From the sequence record KC690136: DNA of 64,000 nucleotides, one strand, 5' to 3'. The DNA is from Escherichia phage JES2013. Below are positions 9,807 through 19,596 of this stretch, one piece after another (the stretch's first letter is position 1; every line of letters begins with the position of its first letter). The notes below the pieces were generated by a model, which had not been told where the DNA came from, ran no database searches, and saw only the letters and a program-made list of their open reading frames with translations. The translations under genes were made by a program, and so were the position numbers.

Positions 9807-10484
9807 TTAGTGCGGTCCACTTGTCTCGCCATCAGGGCAAGAGTGGGTATGACCTTTATATTCTGCATAGAATGAATCCAAATCCACACCAGCAGCAGTT
9901 ATAATTCTACCAGATGGGTCTATTGTGGCACCATTCATTCTGATATTCCCATCCACAGCAGCTCGCAAATTGGCAGCCCCGTTAGTGAAAGAAAACTCCC
10001 CGCTGCTGTCGCACCGTAATGTCCCACCAGGTGTTTGAAGCTCAAAATCGCCAGAAGGTGTCAGTTTAAAATAAACCCTATCATTCCATAACTCTACGTT
10101 ATCAGGATCGATCTGTAAAGCGTTTGAGTCTGAATGGACAGAGGTGATTGCCCACCCTGGAAACAGGCCGTGAGTTTGTTGATCGTCGTTATTGTTTTCA
10201 TTTCTCTCTGAAAACTGTAATCCTACAACATCTCCAGCCTTAATAGGAAGTGTTAACCTTGCCTTTCCGCTGTTTGCAGACATCACCTGAATTGGAACGT
10301 CATAGATAAGAGGGTATCTCTCCACATCTCCGTCATCAAACGTAGTTTCAGCTATTGGCTGCACGGCTGCAGAAGGTATACTGTAGTCAACACTGACAAC
10401 TCTGGCCCTGATACTGGTGTGGTAGTCCCTCATTATTTTTTCTATAAAGGATCTTACAGCAGCATCTTTCCTATTTATTGCCAT
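9807..10484 (-). CDS. putative baseplate spike/needle-like protein
   Basis: 225-aa ORF; C-terminal His/Cys cluster (YKGHTHSCPDGETSGPH) reminiscent of metal-binding spike tips; position after tape measure. Confidence 0.3.
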   Translation of the reverse strand: MAINRKDAAVRSFIEKIMRDYHTSIRARVVSVDYSIPSAAVQPIAETTFDDGDVERYPLIYDVPIQVMSANSGKARLTLPIKAGDVVGLQFSERNENNNDDQQTHGLFPGWAITSVHSDSNALQIDPDNVELWNDRVYFKLTPSGDFELQTPGGTLRCDSSGEFSFTNGAANLRAAVDGNIRMNGATIDPSGRIITAAGVDLDSFYAEYKGHTHSCPDGETSGPH

Positions 10485-11488
10485 TATACCTCCTCAGTTT
10501 TGTCAACAACTCCACCCACTGTTTCCCCAAGGCCAAGCTCTGTAGTGTAATCACCTCCTTCTATGGTGCCCTTATGATGCACCGTGATCACCTTATAGAA
10601 TCCTGTATATTGCTTGCTTTTAAGATAAATAGTGGACTCTGGGAGGATAGCTCCGTTAAGGCATGTGGTTACAGTAAGGCCAACATCCTCTCTCGGGTTT
10701 TTCTTTTTCTTTTTAGATGTCGAACCACCTTTGGCAGCAGCTTTAGCTTTTCGTTTTTTAGCAGGTTCTGGGTTTTTAGGGGTAGGAGATCCGTGCATCC
10801 CAGACTCTGCACTTATTTCAAACACAGAGTCTTTGAACCTTTTTCCAACCTTGGTCCAATACAAAGCCCCATCCTGAACGCTAAATGTGGAGTTGGTCAG
10901 CCTTGCAAACCTGCGGAGGTTCTCTGCAGTGTTTCCAGAGAAAGCCATAGAGTATTGCAAAGTCTGGTTTCCAAAACCAACAACCCTACCTTTTGGCAAG
11001 TTCATATCCTTCAGTAGGTCATTAAGCACAGAGTTCAGAGGTGTGCCTTTCTGATAAGATCTTGTGCTTTGGCACTTAATGATGTTCTCAGTGCCATCCC
11101 CAAAGATGAACTTAGTTTTTCTGGTCGGACCTTCCCACCTGTCTTCAACAAACTCCACAGTTCCGGAGAATATCAACTGGTTCTCATTATCATAGCCAGC
11201 TTCAAACATAACTGCAAGGGCATCAGCCTGATGCATATCCAGATAGTTAACTGTATCGTCAGACAGGTTGTAAACTGTCACATAACCTTTGTTTGGCTCT
11301 TTGGTATTGTCCTTTTGTATGTCAAACTCTATATTGGCAGCACCAGTGTCCGAGCTAACTTCATAAACTCCGGAATCACTCTCCCCTTTCTTTTCAACAG
11401 ATTTTGGGATATTGGTTTTTGATTTACCGCCATGTTCTACAGGACGACCAAACAATAATCGCCATGTTCTACGTCTGTACTCTGCCAT
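10484..11488 (-). CDS. hypothetical tail protein with lysine-rich linker
   Basis: 334-aa ORF; internal KKRKAKAAAKGGSTSKKKKK stretch. Confidence 0.45.
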   Translation of the reverse strand: MAEYRRRTWRLLFGRPVEHGGKSKTNIPKSVEKKGESDSGVYEVSSDTGAANIEFDIQKDNTKEPNKGYVTVYNLSDDTVNYLDMHQADALAVMFEAGYDNENQLIFSGTVEFVEDRWEGPTRKTKFIFGDGTENIIKCQSTRSYQKGTPLNSVLNDLLKDMNLPKGRVVGFGNQTLQYSMAFSGNTAENLRRFARLTNSTFSVQDGALYWTKVGKRFKDSVFEISAESGMHGSPTPKNPEPAKKRKAKAAAKGGSTSKKKKKNPREDVGLTVTTCLNGAILPESTIYLKSKQYTGFYKVITVHHKGTIEGGDYTTELGLGETVGGVVDKTEEV

Positions 11489-11868
11489 TATTCTAACCCT
11501 TGCTGTTCCTTGTAAAGATCAACCGGGGTGCCGTATACAAGTTGTAGCTCAGATCTCGCCCCAAGGTTATATCTTCCCACCCTGCCCCAATATTGATCGT
11601 CTTTAAACGACAGCGCCATCAGTCTACCTTTCGGTAAATCATCTCTGTAATGCAGTCCGTCTAAAATATCTTGACAAGCTGTTACTTTTCTGGTTACTAA
11701 AGGGCTGTCACCCACTGGACCAAGAGATAACCACCAGGACTCATCCCTCTCATTCCATTGCATACGCATTTCATACGTTTCATTGTCTAAAACAACACGC
11801 ATGGTTTGATCAGGAAAGCCGTCAATGTCCCACACAAAGGTGATTATGCACCAATCTTTAAGCTCCAT
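11488..11868 (-). CDS. hypothetical tail protein
   Basis: 126-aa ORF with start/stop overlap with neighbours. Confidence 0.45.
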   Translation of the reverse strand: MELKDWCIITFVWDIDGFPDQTMRVVLDNETYEMRMQWNERDESWWLSLGPVGDSPLVTRKVTACQDILDGLHYRDDLPKGRLMALSFKDDQYWGRVGRYNLGARSELQLVYGTPVDLYKEQQGLE

Positions 11869-11880
11869 TATACGCTCCCC

Positions 11881-12792
11881 TTATTTCCCGTTAACTTTGT
11901 TGTAGTTTCCCTGCTCAGAGGGGACTATGGTAGAAGGTCTTCCATATTCCTGATAATACCAATCCGCAGCCGATTGGGTAACACCGTTTTCATCTGTCCA
12001 CATCATAGATTTGTATGGCTGCCACTCCTCTGCAGCGTTTGTGGATGCAGTGTCTGCGAATGCTCCTGTGTCCCTCTTGTTACCTACGTTACTACCATTC
12101 TTACAGTCGTTGACAGCACCTTTTTGCTGGGTTTTGCCTACTTTCTTAGGATTGCTGTATACAGTTGCATTAACAACCTTATTCAAGTAGAATGTGCGGA
12201 ACTCTGTAAGTTCTACATCAAACACCATTGCAGCGCCTTCACCAACAGACTTGTTGGCAGAAAGACTGGTTATGATGTAGTTCTCAAGAAGTCTCTCCTC
12301 GGTAACCAAAGAAACCAACTGTCGTTTATTGATAATCTCAGTCAAAGCCTCCAATGCAGCGCCTGGTCGCATAGATGCTGCAGGGTTTTTAGAGTCAGTA
12401 TTCCTATCGATGTAGTTTTGCTCATAGATTATGTGTGGGGACGTATTTACCCTACCAGTAAAAGAAAATACACCATCTTTAATTACAGCGTGGTCTGACA
12501 GGGTAGATTTATCTTCCACCGCAAACCCAGTCTTATCAACAGAATGTTTGAAAGAGTAATTCTCAACCTGATCGAAGATAATGGCAAGATCGTTAGTAAA
12601 GTTTTTACCCTTCATCTCCGTATTGCGACCGCCATAGTTAAGACCGCTGACAAACATAGTGTACTTTACATCGCTTTCAGTTTGCTGCTCTGCCTTTTCA
12701 GCCTTTGGAGATTTAACCTCTTGAGGCTTGTACAGGTCTTTTTCATCAACTATATTGCTTGGCATAACCTCTCCAGGACACTCCGATACCAT
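11881..12792 (-). CDS. hypothetical tail protein (distal tail/baseplate)
   Basis: 303-aa ORF immediately downstream of tape measure gene. Confidence 0.45.
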   Translation of the reverse strand: MVSECPGEVMPSNIVDEKDLYKPQEVKSPKAEKAEQQTESDVKYTMFVSGLNYGGRNTEMKGKNFTNDLAIIFDQVENYSFKHSVDKTGFAVEDKSTLSDHAVIKDGVFSFTGRVNTSPHIIYEQNYIDRNTDSKNPAASMRPGAALEALTEIINKRQLVSLVTEERLLENYIITSLSANKSVGEGAAMVFDVELTEFRTFYLNKVVNATVYSNPKKVGKTQQKGAVNDCKNGSNVGNKRDTGAFADTASTNAAEEWQPYKSMMWTDENGVTQSAADWYYQEYGRPSTIVPSEQGNYNKVNGK

Positions 12793-12830
12793 CTAGATAT
12801 TGTATCATAAAATAGCCGTTTTTACAACAC

Positions 12831-12860
12831 TGATAAAATAAAGGGGGCCAGAGCCCCCCT
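12831..12860 (-). terminator. putative rho-independent terminator after tape measure gene
   Basis: Hairpin agggggc caga gccccct followed on the minus strand by a U-rich run. Confidence 0.4.
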
Positions 12861-12870
12861 GCACAGTTTA

Positions 12871-15207
12871 TTACCAAAGGTCGGTAGACATGAAGTTGAT
12901 ATCTTTATTGTTCTCCCACTCAAGTTTTGCATCAAATATTTTGTTAAACTCACCCTCATCTATTGAAATCGTGATTTTACCATCACTGATCTCTAAAGGC
13001 AGCATTTCCATAGTTCTTAATTGAGAAGCAAAACCAGGGCCACCTGGCAACGGGAGAGTCCCGCCCGGTAAGGTGTCCAAAGGATTGACAAACCCGTTAC
13101 CTCCCGATATGATATCTTTGCGAATCATATCGCTGATAGTATCCAGCTGCTGATTTCTTTCACTCAGTGGGTTGAAACGGTCATTAAATAATTCCCCGGC
13201 GCTTAATATTGTACCAATAATACCCAGCTTACCGAGCAGACCAACTTTGCCACCAGGTGTCTTGAGGCCACCTCCTCCTTTTCCTGCCGGAGCACCACCA
13301 CCAGATCCTTTTGTAGTAGCGGCACCTGCTGCTCCAGCCGCACCCCTCAGAGAGCTAAGGAATTTAAAGGTTTTTACAAGCATGGATGCCATGACAAAAC
13401 CTTTTGTTAGGGCGTTCACTACCAGCATGATGGCAGCAGCAAACCCTGCCCATTTAGCATAGCTAAAGGTGTCATGAAGCTCTTCAGAATATTCCTTCGT
13501 CTTGGCTGTTATGAATCCCCATTTAATTCCCCATTCAAGGAAAAACATGCGGATCTTAACTATAGTGTTGTTTAGTTCACCAACTACCCAGTTAAGACCT
13601 CTCACAAACCCGCTAACAAAATCACCAGAGGCATCCCACACAAATTGTAGAGTCTCACCAGTGCGGATCAGTGTATAATAGAACTCTGTTAGTTCGTCAG
13701 ACCAACGGGTGAACAGTTTCTGACGAGTCAGTTCGATGAAGGTTTTCAGTCTGTTTTCTGCCAGCACGTTAGACTTCTGCATTCTTTCATAACCAGCTGC
13801 AGATGCCTCGTTCATGTACTTAGCCACATACTTCATGATCTTGGCTGTTTTAACCTCACCTTTCTTCATCATGTCCATAAACTGATCCATGGAGAGTTCA
13901 GAAAGACCAAAAGCCTCTTTGGTAGCCTTGATAAAAGGTTCGTATGCACCAGGTAATGCTTCAGCAAGTTGTTGCTTCAGTTCTTCGGACATTACTTGCC
14001 CTTTACCGAGCATCTGTTGGATTGCCATAATACCGCGCTGGTATTTTACCTCATCAGCACCATAAGCAGCAGCATACTGGGAGTATGCAGAAAACAGCTC
14101 ATGCACTTCCTGATTTGTCATCTGGTTTTTGGCGTTTACCGACATCTGGGCGTAACCTTGAAGACCAGATTTGAGATCAAAACCAAGACGCATAGCCTCT
14201 TGCTGGACAAACGCAACCTCACTGTTGGCTTTGTTTGGATCTCCAGTAACAGCAGTAAGAGCAGCACTTGCCCCCTCCATCATGTGACCGGATCTGTTAA
14301 CCGCAGCAAATCCAGAAAAAGCTGTATACGCAGCTGTTGCATTAATAACAGATCTACGTAAGTCTCTCATGGCATCGCCTAGTGTAAGCGTTTGGCTGGT
14401 GGCACTTTTAAATCCAGACTGCAGCGCTGACAGGTGGGCGTTAAAGGTTGACTTTTTCATCTCCCCGCGAGCAAACCTAGACTCTAACTCTGAGTATCCT
14501 GGCAAGCTTCCACGGAATCCGGCCCCATACTTGGCAGAAAGTCTTATCGCGGAGTTGTAGAGGTGGGTTCTCCTTGCCTCACGATCCGACATAAGCCTGT
14601 TATCCATACCAGCTTTACTGTCTCTTCTTAGCTGTCTATGATAACGATTCATAGCGGCTGTCTGAGCTTTCACAAGGTTAGGGTCGGAAGCCACACCACC
14701 CATATTAGGGTTACCGGGGATATATTTGAAAGATTTGGCATTAGCCAAAACTCTTGCCTTAGGTGCCTTATAACCACCGTAAGATACTGGTGCAGATTTG
14801 GCAGCCTTTTTGGCCTCTTTAGCTTGCTGCTGGTAGAACTTACGCATCCTAGCCATTTCTGGATTTTTAGCGGTAAGATTACCTACAGCTTGTTTACGTC
14901 TCGCATTCTCCCTACGTTCTATTGCAGCCCTTACTGCAGCCTCTTTCTTGGCCTGTGCTACGCTCTCTCTGTGCAGTTTAGCATTTGCCTGAGACTGCTG
15001 TCTGGCAACCCTCTGCATTGTCTGCTGGGTTTTAACAGCTACCGCCTGCCATCTACTCATGGGGTTGGCTGAGTTAAAATCCTCGCCCAGTTTCCTGAAC
15101 TCCCTCCCAATACTGCGAATTTTCTCTACAGCTTTTTTGTAGGAGGAGTTCTCTATCTCAAAGCCAATCTTGTTGACTGTTGTGGCAACTATTTTGTTTG
15201 TAGCCAT
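12871..15207 (-). CDS. tail tape measure protein
   Basis: 778 aa; Ala/Gln/Lys-rich helical composition, Gly-rich segment, position directly after chaperone ORF pair. Confidence 0.7.
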   Translation of the reverse strand: MATNKIVATTVNKIGFEIENSSYKKAVEKIRSIGREFRKLGEDFNSANPMSRWQAVAVKTQQTMQRVARQQSQANAKLHRESVAQAKKEAAVRAAIERRENARRKQAVGNLTAKNPEMARMRKFYQQQAKEAKKAAKSAPVSYGGYKAPKARVLANAKSFKYIPGNPNMGGVASDPNLVKAQTAAMNRYHRQLRRDSKAGMDNRLMSDREARRTHLYNSAIRLSAKYGAGFRGSLPGYSELESRFARGEMKKSTFNAHLSALQSGFKSATSQTLTLGDAMRDLRRSVINATAAYTAFSGFAAVNRSGHMMEGASAALTAVTGDPNKANSEVAFVQQEAMRLGFDLKSGLQGYAQMSVNAKNQMTNQEVHELFSAYSQYAAAYGADEVKYQRGIMAIQQMLGKGQVMSEELKQQLAEALPGAYEPFIKATKEAFGLSELSMDQFMDMMKKGEVKTAKIMKYVAKYMNEASAAGYERMQKSNVLAENRLKTFIELTRQKLFTRWSDELTEFYYTLIRTGETLQFVWDASGDFVSGFVRGLNWVVGELNNTIVKIRMFFLEWGIKWGFITAKTKEYSEELHDTFSYAKWAGFAAAIMLVVNALTKGFVMASMLVKTFKFLSSLRGAAGAAGAATTKGSGGGAPAGKGGGGLKTPGGKVGLLGKLGIIGTILSAGELFNDRFNPLSERNQQLDTISDMIRKDIISGGNGFVNPLDTLPGGTLPLPGGPGFASQLRTMEMLPLEISDGKITISIDEGEFNKIFDAKLEWENNKDINFMSTDLW

Positions 15208-15262
15208 GGTTTCCTCATAATAAAAAAGGGCCAGATCCCAGAAAAGGAATCCGGCCCTTAGA

Positions 15263-15628
15263 TTATCCTCTCCTGCGCTTAGCTTTCGCAGCAGCTGCGG
15301 CAGCCTTCTGCTCCCGCTCCATTTCCCTGTTTTGGACGGTATCTAGGAATTCTTCGATATCAAGATACTCACAGAGCTTCAGGAAATACGCCATATCTGC
15401 AAGATTTAGCGATTCAAAATTTTCCCCTTTGAAATTCTTGAGCACCCTGCACCAAAGAAAGTCGAACCAGTTGAGTGAACTATTCTTAGCTGCCCACTCA
15501 CTGGCCCTCACAACAACCTTGCTTATTCCTGCTCTTCCGGAGTCTGATCCAGGTTGTTCACCTGCTGAATCATACCCATCTGCTGTAACATCTCCAGAAG
15601 GCTTCCTAAACCGTCTTGTGTGAAAAAA
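15263..15628 (-). CDS. tail assembly chaperone -1 frameshift extension (T-like part of a G/GT-type pair)
   Basis: -1 frame is open from the slippery site at 15628-15622 through the ORF ending at 15263; standalone ORF 15263..15511 starts with GTG. Confidence 0.45.
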   Translation of the reverse strand, partial: FFHTRRFRKPSGDVTADGYDSAGEQPGSDSGRAGISKVVVRASEWAAKNSSLNWFDFLWCRVLKNFKGENFESLNLADMAYFLKLCEYLDIEEFLDTVQNREMEREQKAAAAAAKAKRRRG

Positions 15629-15996
15629 CAGCCGTAGTTAACCTCCAGAACCTTACCTGCCAGCTTAATCATCTCCAGCAGATGCCCTGCAAACACAACA
15701 TCAGGGTTAAGCTTATCCACACCATCTACGGTAATATCTTCGAACAAGATTTTAAATAACTCTTCAATAGAGCTATCATCGAGTTCTTGGAACAGGTAAG
15801 CCAGAGCAGTAGGAAGGACCTCTGCCATATTCTGACCACCAGAGATAATAGATCCACCGATAGCACCTAGCGGGACAGCCACAATCTTACCGATTTTAGG
15901 CATGTTTTTCATTGCTTTCATCGGTCCCCAGTGGGTGATCACAAAGTTGTGCCCTGCTAAATCAATCTCTGTTGTAGGTCTAAAGTTTATAGCCAT
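15523..15996 (-). CDS. tail assembly chaperone (G-like)
   Basis: 157-aa acidic ORF between putative tail tube gene and tape measure gene; contains slippery heptamer. Confidence 0.55.
   Translation of the reverse strand: MAINFRPTTEIDLAGHNFVITHWGPMKAMKNMPKIGKIVAVPLGAIGGSIISGGQNMAEVLPTALAYLFQELDDSSIEELFKILFEDITVDGVDKLNPDVVFAGHLLEMIKLAGKVLEVNYGCFFTQDGLGSLLEMLQQMGMIQQVNNLDQTPEEQE
15622..15628 (-). promoter_or_regulatory. candidate -1 programmed ribosomal frameshift slippery heptamer U_UUU_UUC
   Basis: Minus-strand TGT TTT TTC in the zero frame of ORF 15523..15996 (encoding CFF); -1 frame has no stop until 15263. Confidence 0.5.
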
Positions 15997-16110
15997 TTTA
16001 TAGCATCCTTATTAGTCATGTTGTGCACCATATTTGTGTATTTTACCATGATTACGGTGCATTGTCAATTTAACCTTTCAAGCAGTTCAAGAACGTGTGT
16101 CAAAACCATA

Positions 16111-16141
16111 AAAGCAAAAAGCCCCACCCGAAGGTGAGGCT
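16111..16141 (-). terminator. putative rho-independent terminator after tail tube gene
   Basis: Hairpin (agcctcacc ttcg ggtggggct on minus strand) followed by U-run. Confidence 0.45.
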
Positions 16142-16158
16142 TATGCTAAAGTGTGCCC

Positions 16159-16632
16159 TTAGATAATACCTGCAAGACCTGCGAGGCCAGTAAGAGCACC
16201 AGTGATGTTATCACGGTTGAGCCATGCATCCAGAATACCGATATCCCAGTCCAGTTGACCTACTTCGGTTCCGTAAGTCAGGTCAGGCTGTTTCTGGATC
16301 CAACCGATTGTAGAAATACCAGGGCCCTGGCTACCTTCCAGCAGAACCGGGAAGAATACCAGGCCAGTAATCGATGCCTGTTTCTGCCAGTCAGAAAGGT
16401 AAGCGTTCCATACAGAAGTGTTCTGCAAAGATACAGTCATAACACCAGATTGGTTACGAGACAGGGCCGCAGACATTTCGCCATCCACACCAACGTGAGG
16501 GTAGATGTTGTCTTCGTTTCTTGAAACAACGATCTTGGTGTCAGCAGCGAAGCCAGTGACACGCTGCTGCATCAGGTACAGTTTGACCTTTTTAGGGTCA
16601 TAAGCATAAGGAGTTAAAATTTGAGTTTCCAT
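16159..16632 (-). CDS. putative tail tube protein
   Basis: 157-aa ORF between 458-aa putative sheath and chaperone genes; terminator downstream. Confidence 0.4.
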   Translation of the reverse strand: METQILTPYAYDPKKVKLYLMQQRVTGFAADTKIVVSRNEDNIYPHVGVDGEMSAALSRNQSGVMTVSLQNTSVWNAYLSDWQKQASITGLVFFPVLLEGSQGPGISTIGWIQKQPDLTYGTEVGQLDWDIGILDAWLNRDNITGALTGLAGLAGII

Positions 16633-16642
16633 CTAGTCTTCC

Positions 16643-18019
16643 TTATTCAGTCATTGCAACAGCATTGGTAGATTTAGAACCAACTTTGTCCAGAAGGACG
16701 TTGATCCGGATACGAACGAAGTGCAGGGCGTTGTTATACACCAGTTCTACTTTCACACCTTCCAGAACACGAGCAGCCAACTGATTGGTTGGAATCTCTG
16801 CACGTTTAGGAACTGTGATGATCGGGTCGTAGAACACATTGTTGTCTTCGTCAAAACCTGTCAGGATCGCGCCATTCTTAATGCCAGTATTGATCGGGTT
16901 GTTCATCAGAACAGACTTGATAACCGGAAGATCATCATCAGACATCTTCATGCTTAAACCCATATTAGAGCGACGATGCATGTACCCAAACATGGATTCT
17001 TCAGATCTGAACTTGATCCAGTGTGCAAAACGAATAGCGTCTGCATACTGACCTGAAGCACACTTGCCTTCCCAGAAAGCGCCAACACCGTTAATCATTC
17101 TGTAGAAGTTAACGTGGTTTTCCCAAATAGCCATACGCTGAGTTAAAGTCAGAGATGGTGCAATCACACCTGACATCTGTTTTAAGTGCAAGCTGTCGCC
17201 GTAAGACGGATCGTTGGATGCCATAGCACCTATGATACCACCCTCCGGGAAGTCCTTATCTGCACGAGGATCGTACATGCCGACACTGTCATATTGTGCA
17301 GCTTTCAGTTTGGTGGCGATGTTATTATCTTTACCAGTCACATCTTCTGCAGTAGAGTAGACATGCAGCTTGTAGTTAGCCTGAGCCCACTTAGCACATG
17401 CTTCAATGTCGGTGTGGTCTTCATGGCACAGGAAGTACCAATTGTCACGCTCAGCATTGATCTTATCAACTACTGTAGAAGGTTTTTCAGCATTGGCGAT
17501 ATTTTTGATTGTATAGTTACCAGTATGGTAACCAACAGTACAGTCACCAGTGATGGTGAGAACACCTTCAGAAGCCTCTACAGTGATATCGTTCAAGCTA
17601 TCATCTGCTTCAATTTTAGTCTTCATTGACTCTGCAATCTGAGTTGCACCTGTTCCACCAGAGATAGGTACTATCAAAGAAGTATTGTAGCTACCTTTTG
17701 CAATAGTCATTACGACATCGGTATCGGCTGCGGCAGCAATACCTTTAAAATCTACAGTGGTCTTTTCTTTGGCCTGTCTGCCGATCATAACGTATTGTGG
17801 AGGGAATACACCACCAAAAGCTTTTGCTGCAAACTCATACGCTGCAGAGCCTTGTGCGAAACCATCTTCCACCATCTGATCCAGCTCTGCATATACGCGA
17901 GCTCGCTCAGTAAAGTTGTTGTGGATAGCGATGAACAGGGGAGTTTCGAAACCTACAGTGTCAATAGGCTGGGTTCCGAGGTTAACTGTAACATCTACCA
18001 CTTTATCTAAATATGGCAT
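16643..18019 (-). CDS. putative tail sheath protein (or major tail protein)
   Basis: 458-aa ORF preceding a small tube-like ORF, chaperones and tape measure; assignment by gene order only. Confidence 0.4.
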   Translation of the reverse strand: MPYLDKVVDVTVNLGTQPIDTVGFETPLFIAIHNNFTERARVYAELDQMVEDGFAQGSAAYEFAAKAFGGVFPPQYVMIGRQAKEKTTVDFKGIAAAADTDVVMTIAKGSYNTSLIVPISGGTGATQIAESMKTKIEADDSLNDITVEASEGVLTITGDCTVGYHTGNYTIKNIANAEKPSTVVDKINAERDNWYFLCHEDHTDIEACAKWAQANYKLHVYSTAEDVTGKDNNIATKLKAAQYDSVGMYDPRADKDFPEGGIIGAMASNDPSYGDSLHLKQMSGVIAPSLTLTQRMAIWENHVNFYRMINGVGAFWEGKCASGQYADAIRFAHWIKFRSEESMFGYMHRRSNMGLSMKMSDDDLPVIKSVLMNNPINTGIKNGAILTGFDEDNNVFYDPIITVPKRAEIPTNQLAARVLEGVKVELVYNNALHFVRIRINVLLDKVGSKSTNAVAMTE

Positions 18020-18091
18020 TTGTTTCCTCTTAATATCTGTGCACGGATATCAAACACGCAGTGTAATCATTACACTACACAATTATAACGA

Positions 18092-18643
18092 TTACTGACC
18101 ACTGTCTGTAACCGCTTTACCAGAATTGGGTGAAGGGAAGTGTGTGGTTATTTCAGCCTTAATTCCCTGAAGATCCTCAAAAGCCCCAATGTCTGTTTCA
18201 ACAAACCTTACGTTAAATGTCAGCATCACAGTGGCTCTATTTTCATACGTCTGCTTATTCAACGGCACTCTTTGAGGTGAGATTGTTGAATTGTTAGAGT
18301 AGGCAAAGCACGATCCCAGAGGGAAATACTTGTCATAAAACATTGGAAGGTTTATTGCTTGCAATACTCTGCTAAGTGCAGCATATGCCCTGCCACGATA
18401 AGCTGTTAACAGATAAGTAACAGTGTAACTGTGGGTGACGTAAGCATTACCCTCCGCATCTTGAAACTCATTATCTTCCCAAGTGGTGGGATTGATCGCC
18501 AAGGTTTGTAAAAGTACAAACTCACCTTCCGGCTTCGGTATGGTAGAGCTTTCTGCCAGAACTACAGTTCTTCCTGTGGCAACCTTGACGAGCTTAGCAA
18601 TGGTTGTTTCAAGATCAGAAAAAACTTTTTCGAAAGCTTCCAT
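18092..18643 (-). CDS. hypothetical neck/tail completion protein
   Basis: 183-aa ORF between capsid and tail genes. Confidence 0.4.
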   Translation of the reverse strand: MEAFEKVFSDLETTIAKLVKVATGRTVVLAESSTIPKPEGEFVLLQTLAINPTTWEDNEFQDAEGNAYVTHSYTVTYLLTAYRGRAYAALSRVLQAINLPMFYDKYFPLGSCFAYSNNSTISPQRVPLNKQTYENRATVMLTFNVRFVETDIGAFEDLQGIKAEITTHFPSPNSGKAVTDSGQ

Positions 18644-19068
18644 CAGTTTTCTCCTTCAGGCTCTTCTACCACAAAAAATCTATATCTCCCACCACCAGAG
18701 GTAACATATGCATCGCATTTTAAAACAGTAAACCATTTCAAGTCACCACGGATGTCAGGCAGCTGAATTTGGTCAGCCATTGCATATGTTCCTTCGTCCG
18801 GACTATACAACTTGGTTGAGGAGTAAACTGTAAAAGCCTCGTACTGTCTGTCACCTTCAGGGTTTATTTGAGAGGAGTAATCTTTAGCTGCCCTTCCTGT
18901 CAACGGCTGCACAACACAATCTAAGACATCAAACTCTTCATACTCAAGTTCTAACCCCTCGTTGGCAAAAGGGCCACCAACTGTTTTGTTATACACTCTG
19001 TGGCGACCTTTGAATGTTTTACGAGGTATTAGTCTGTTCTTTCCTATCAGCTTATAACCTGCTGCCAC
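18643..19068 (-). CDS. hypothetical head-tail joining protein
   Basis: 141-aa ORF, ATGA-type overlap with downstream gene. Confidence 0.4.
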   Translation of the reverse strand: MAAGYKLIGKNRLIPRKTFKGRHRVYNKTVGGPFANEGLELEYEEFDVLDCVVQPLTGRAAKDYSSQINPEGDRQYEAFTVYSSTKLYSPDEGTYAMADQIQLPDIRGDLKWFTVLKCDAYVTSGGGRYRFFVVEEPEGEN

Positions 19069-19084
19069 TCAACCCCCTTATTTT

Positions 19085-19555
19085 TTACTGTCCGATTTTA
19101 AAGGTTGCAGATTCAAGCAGCACATCGTAATGCCGCATAGCCTCGTTGAAGCCTTTCTCTTGTGCCCACTGCTCGCTAACAGTAGGATTACTAAACTGCC
19201 CAGCCTCAATAACAAACTGGATAGCTTTGGCCCCTGTGTCCCCCATCTGCTTAAGAATAGCCTCTGCACTTGATCCCCTAGCCATAGCTCTCAACAATTT
19301 TTCTGTCAAGGTCTGTAGTTGAGTGCTGTGAAATGCAAAAGCTGTCTCCATGAAATTGCGAACAGGCAGCCCGTTCCAACCGAAGTTGTGAATGGCTGCC
19401 AATGTTGCCATATTTAAGCCTGACGGGTGAGGTTCGTCATAAAAGCCGTAGGTTATTGTTTTACTTTCAAGTCTCACAAGTTCTTTGTAGAAGCGATCTA
19501 AACGCTTTAGGTTGAAACTTGTTTGACATTTAACCTTTAGCATTATATTCCTCAC
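19085..19555 (-). CDS. hypothetical head-tail connector region protein
   Basis: 156-aa ORF. Confidence 0.4.
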   Translation of the reverse strand: MRNIMLKVKCQTSFNLKRLDRFYKELVRLESKTITYGFYDEPHPSGLNMATLAAIHNFGWNGLPVRNFMETAFAFHSTQLQTLTEKLLRAMARGSSAEAILKQMGDTGAKAIQFVIEAGQFSNPTVSEQWAQEKGFNEAMRHYDVLLESATFKIGQ

Positions 19556-19596
19556 TAATGTATTTTACCACAAAGATACATCAAAAGCAACAATTT

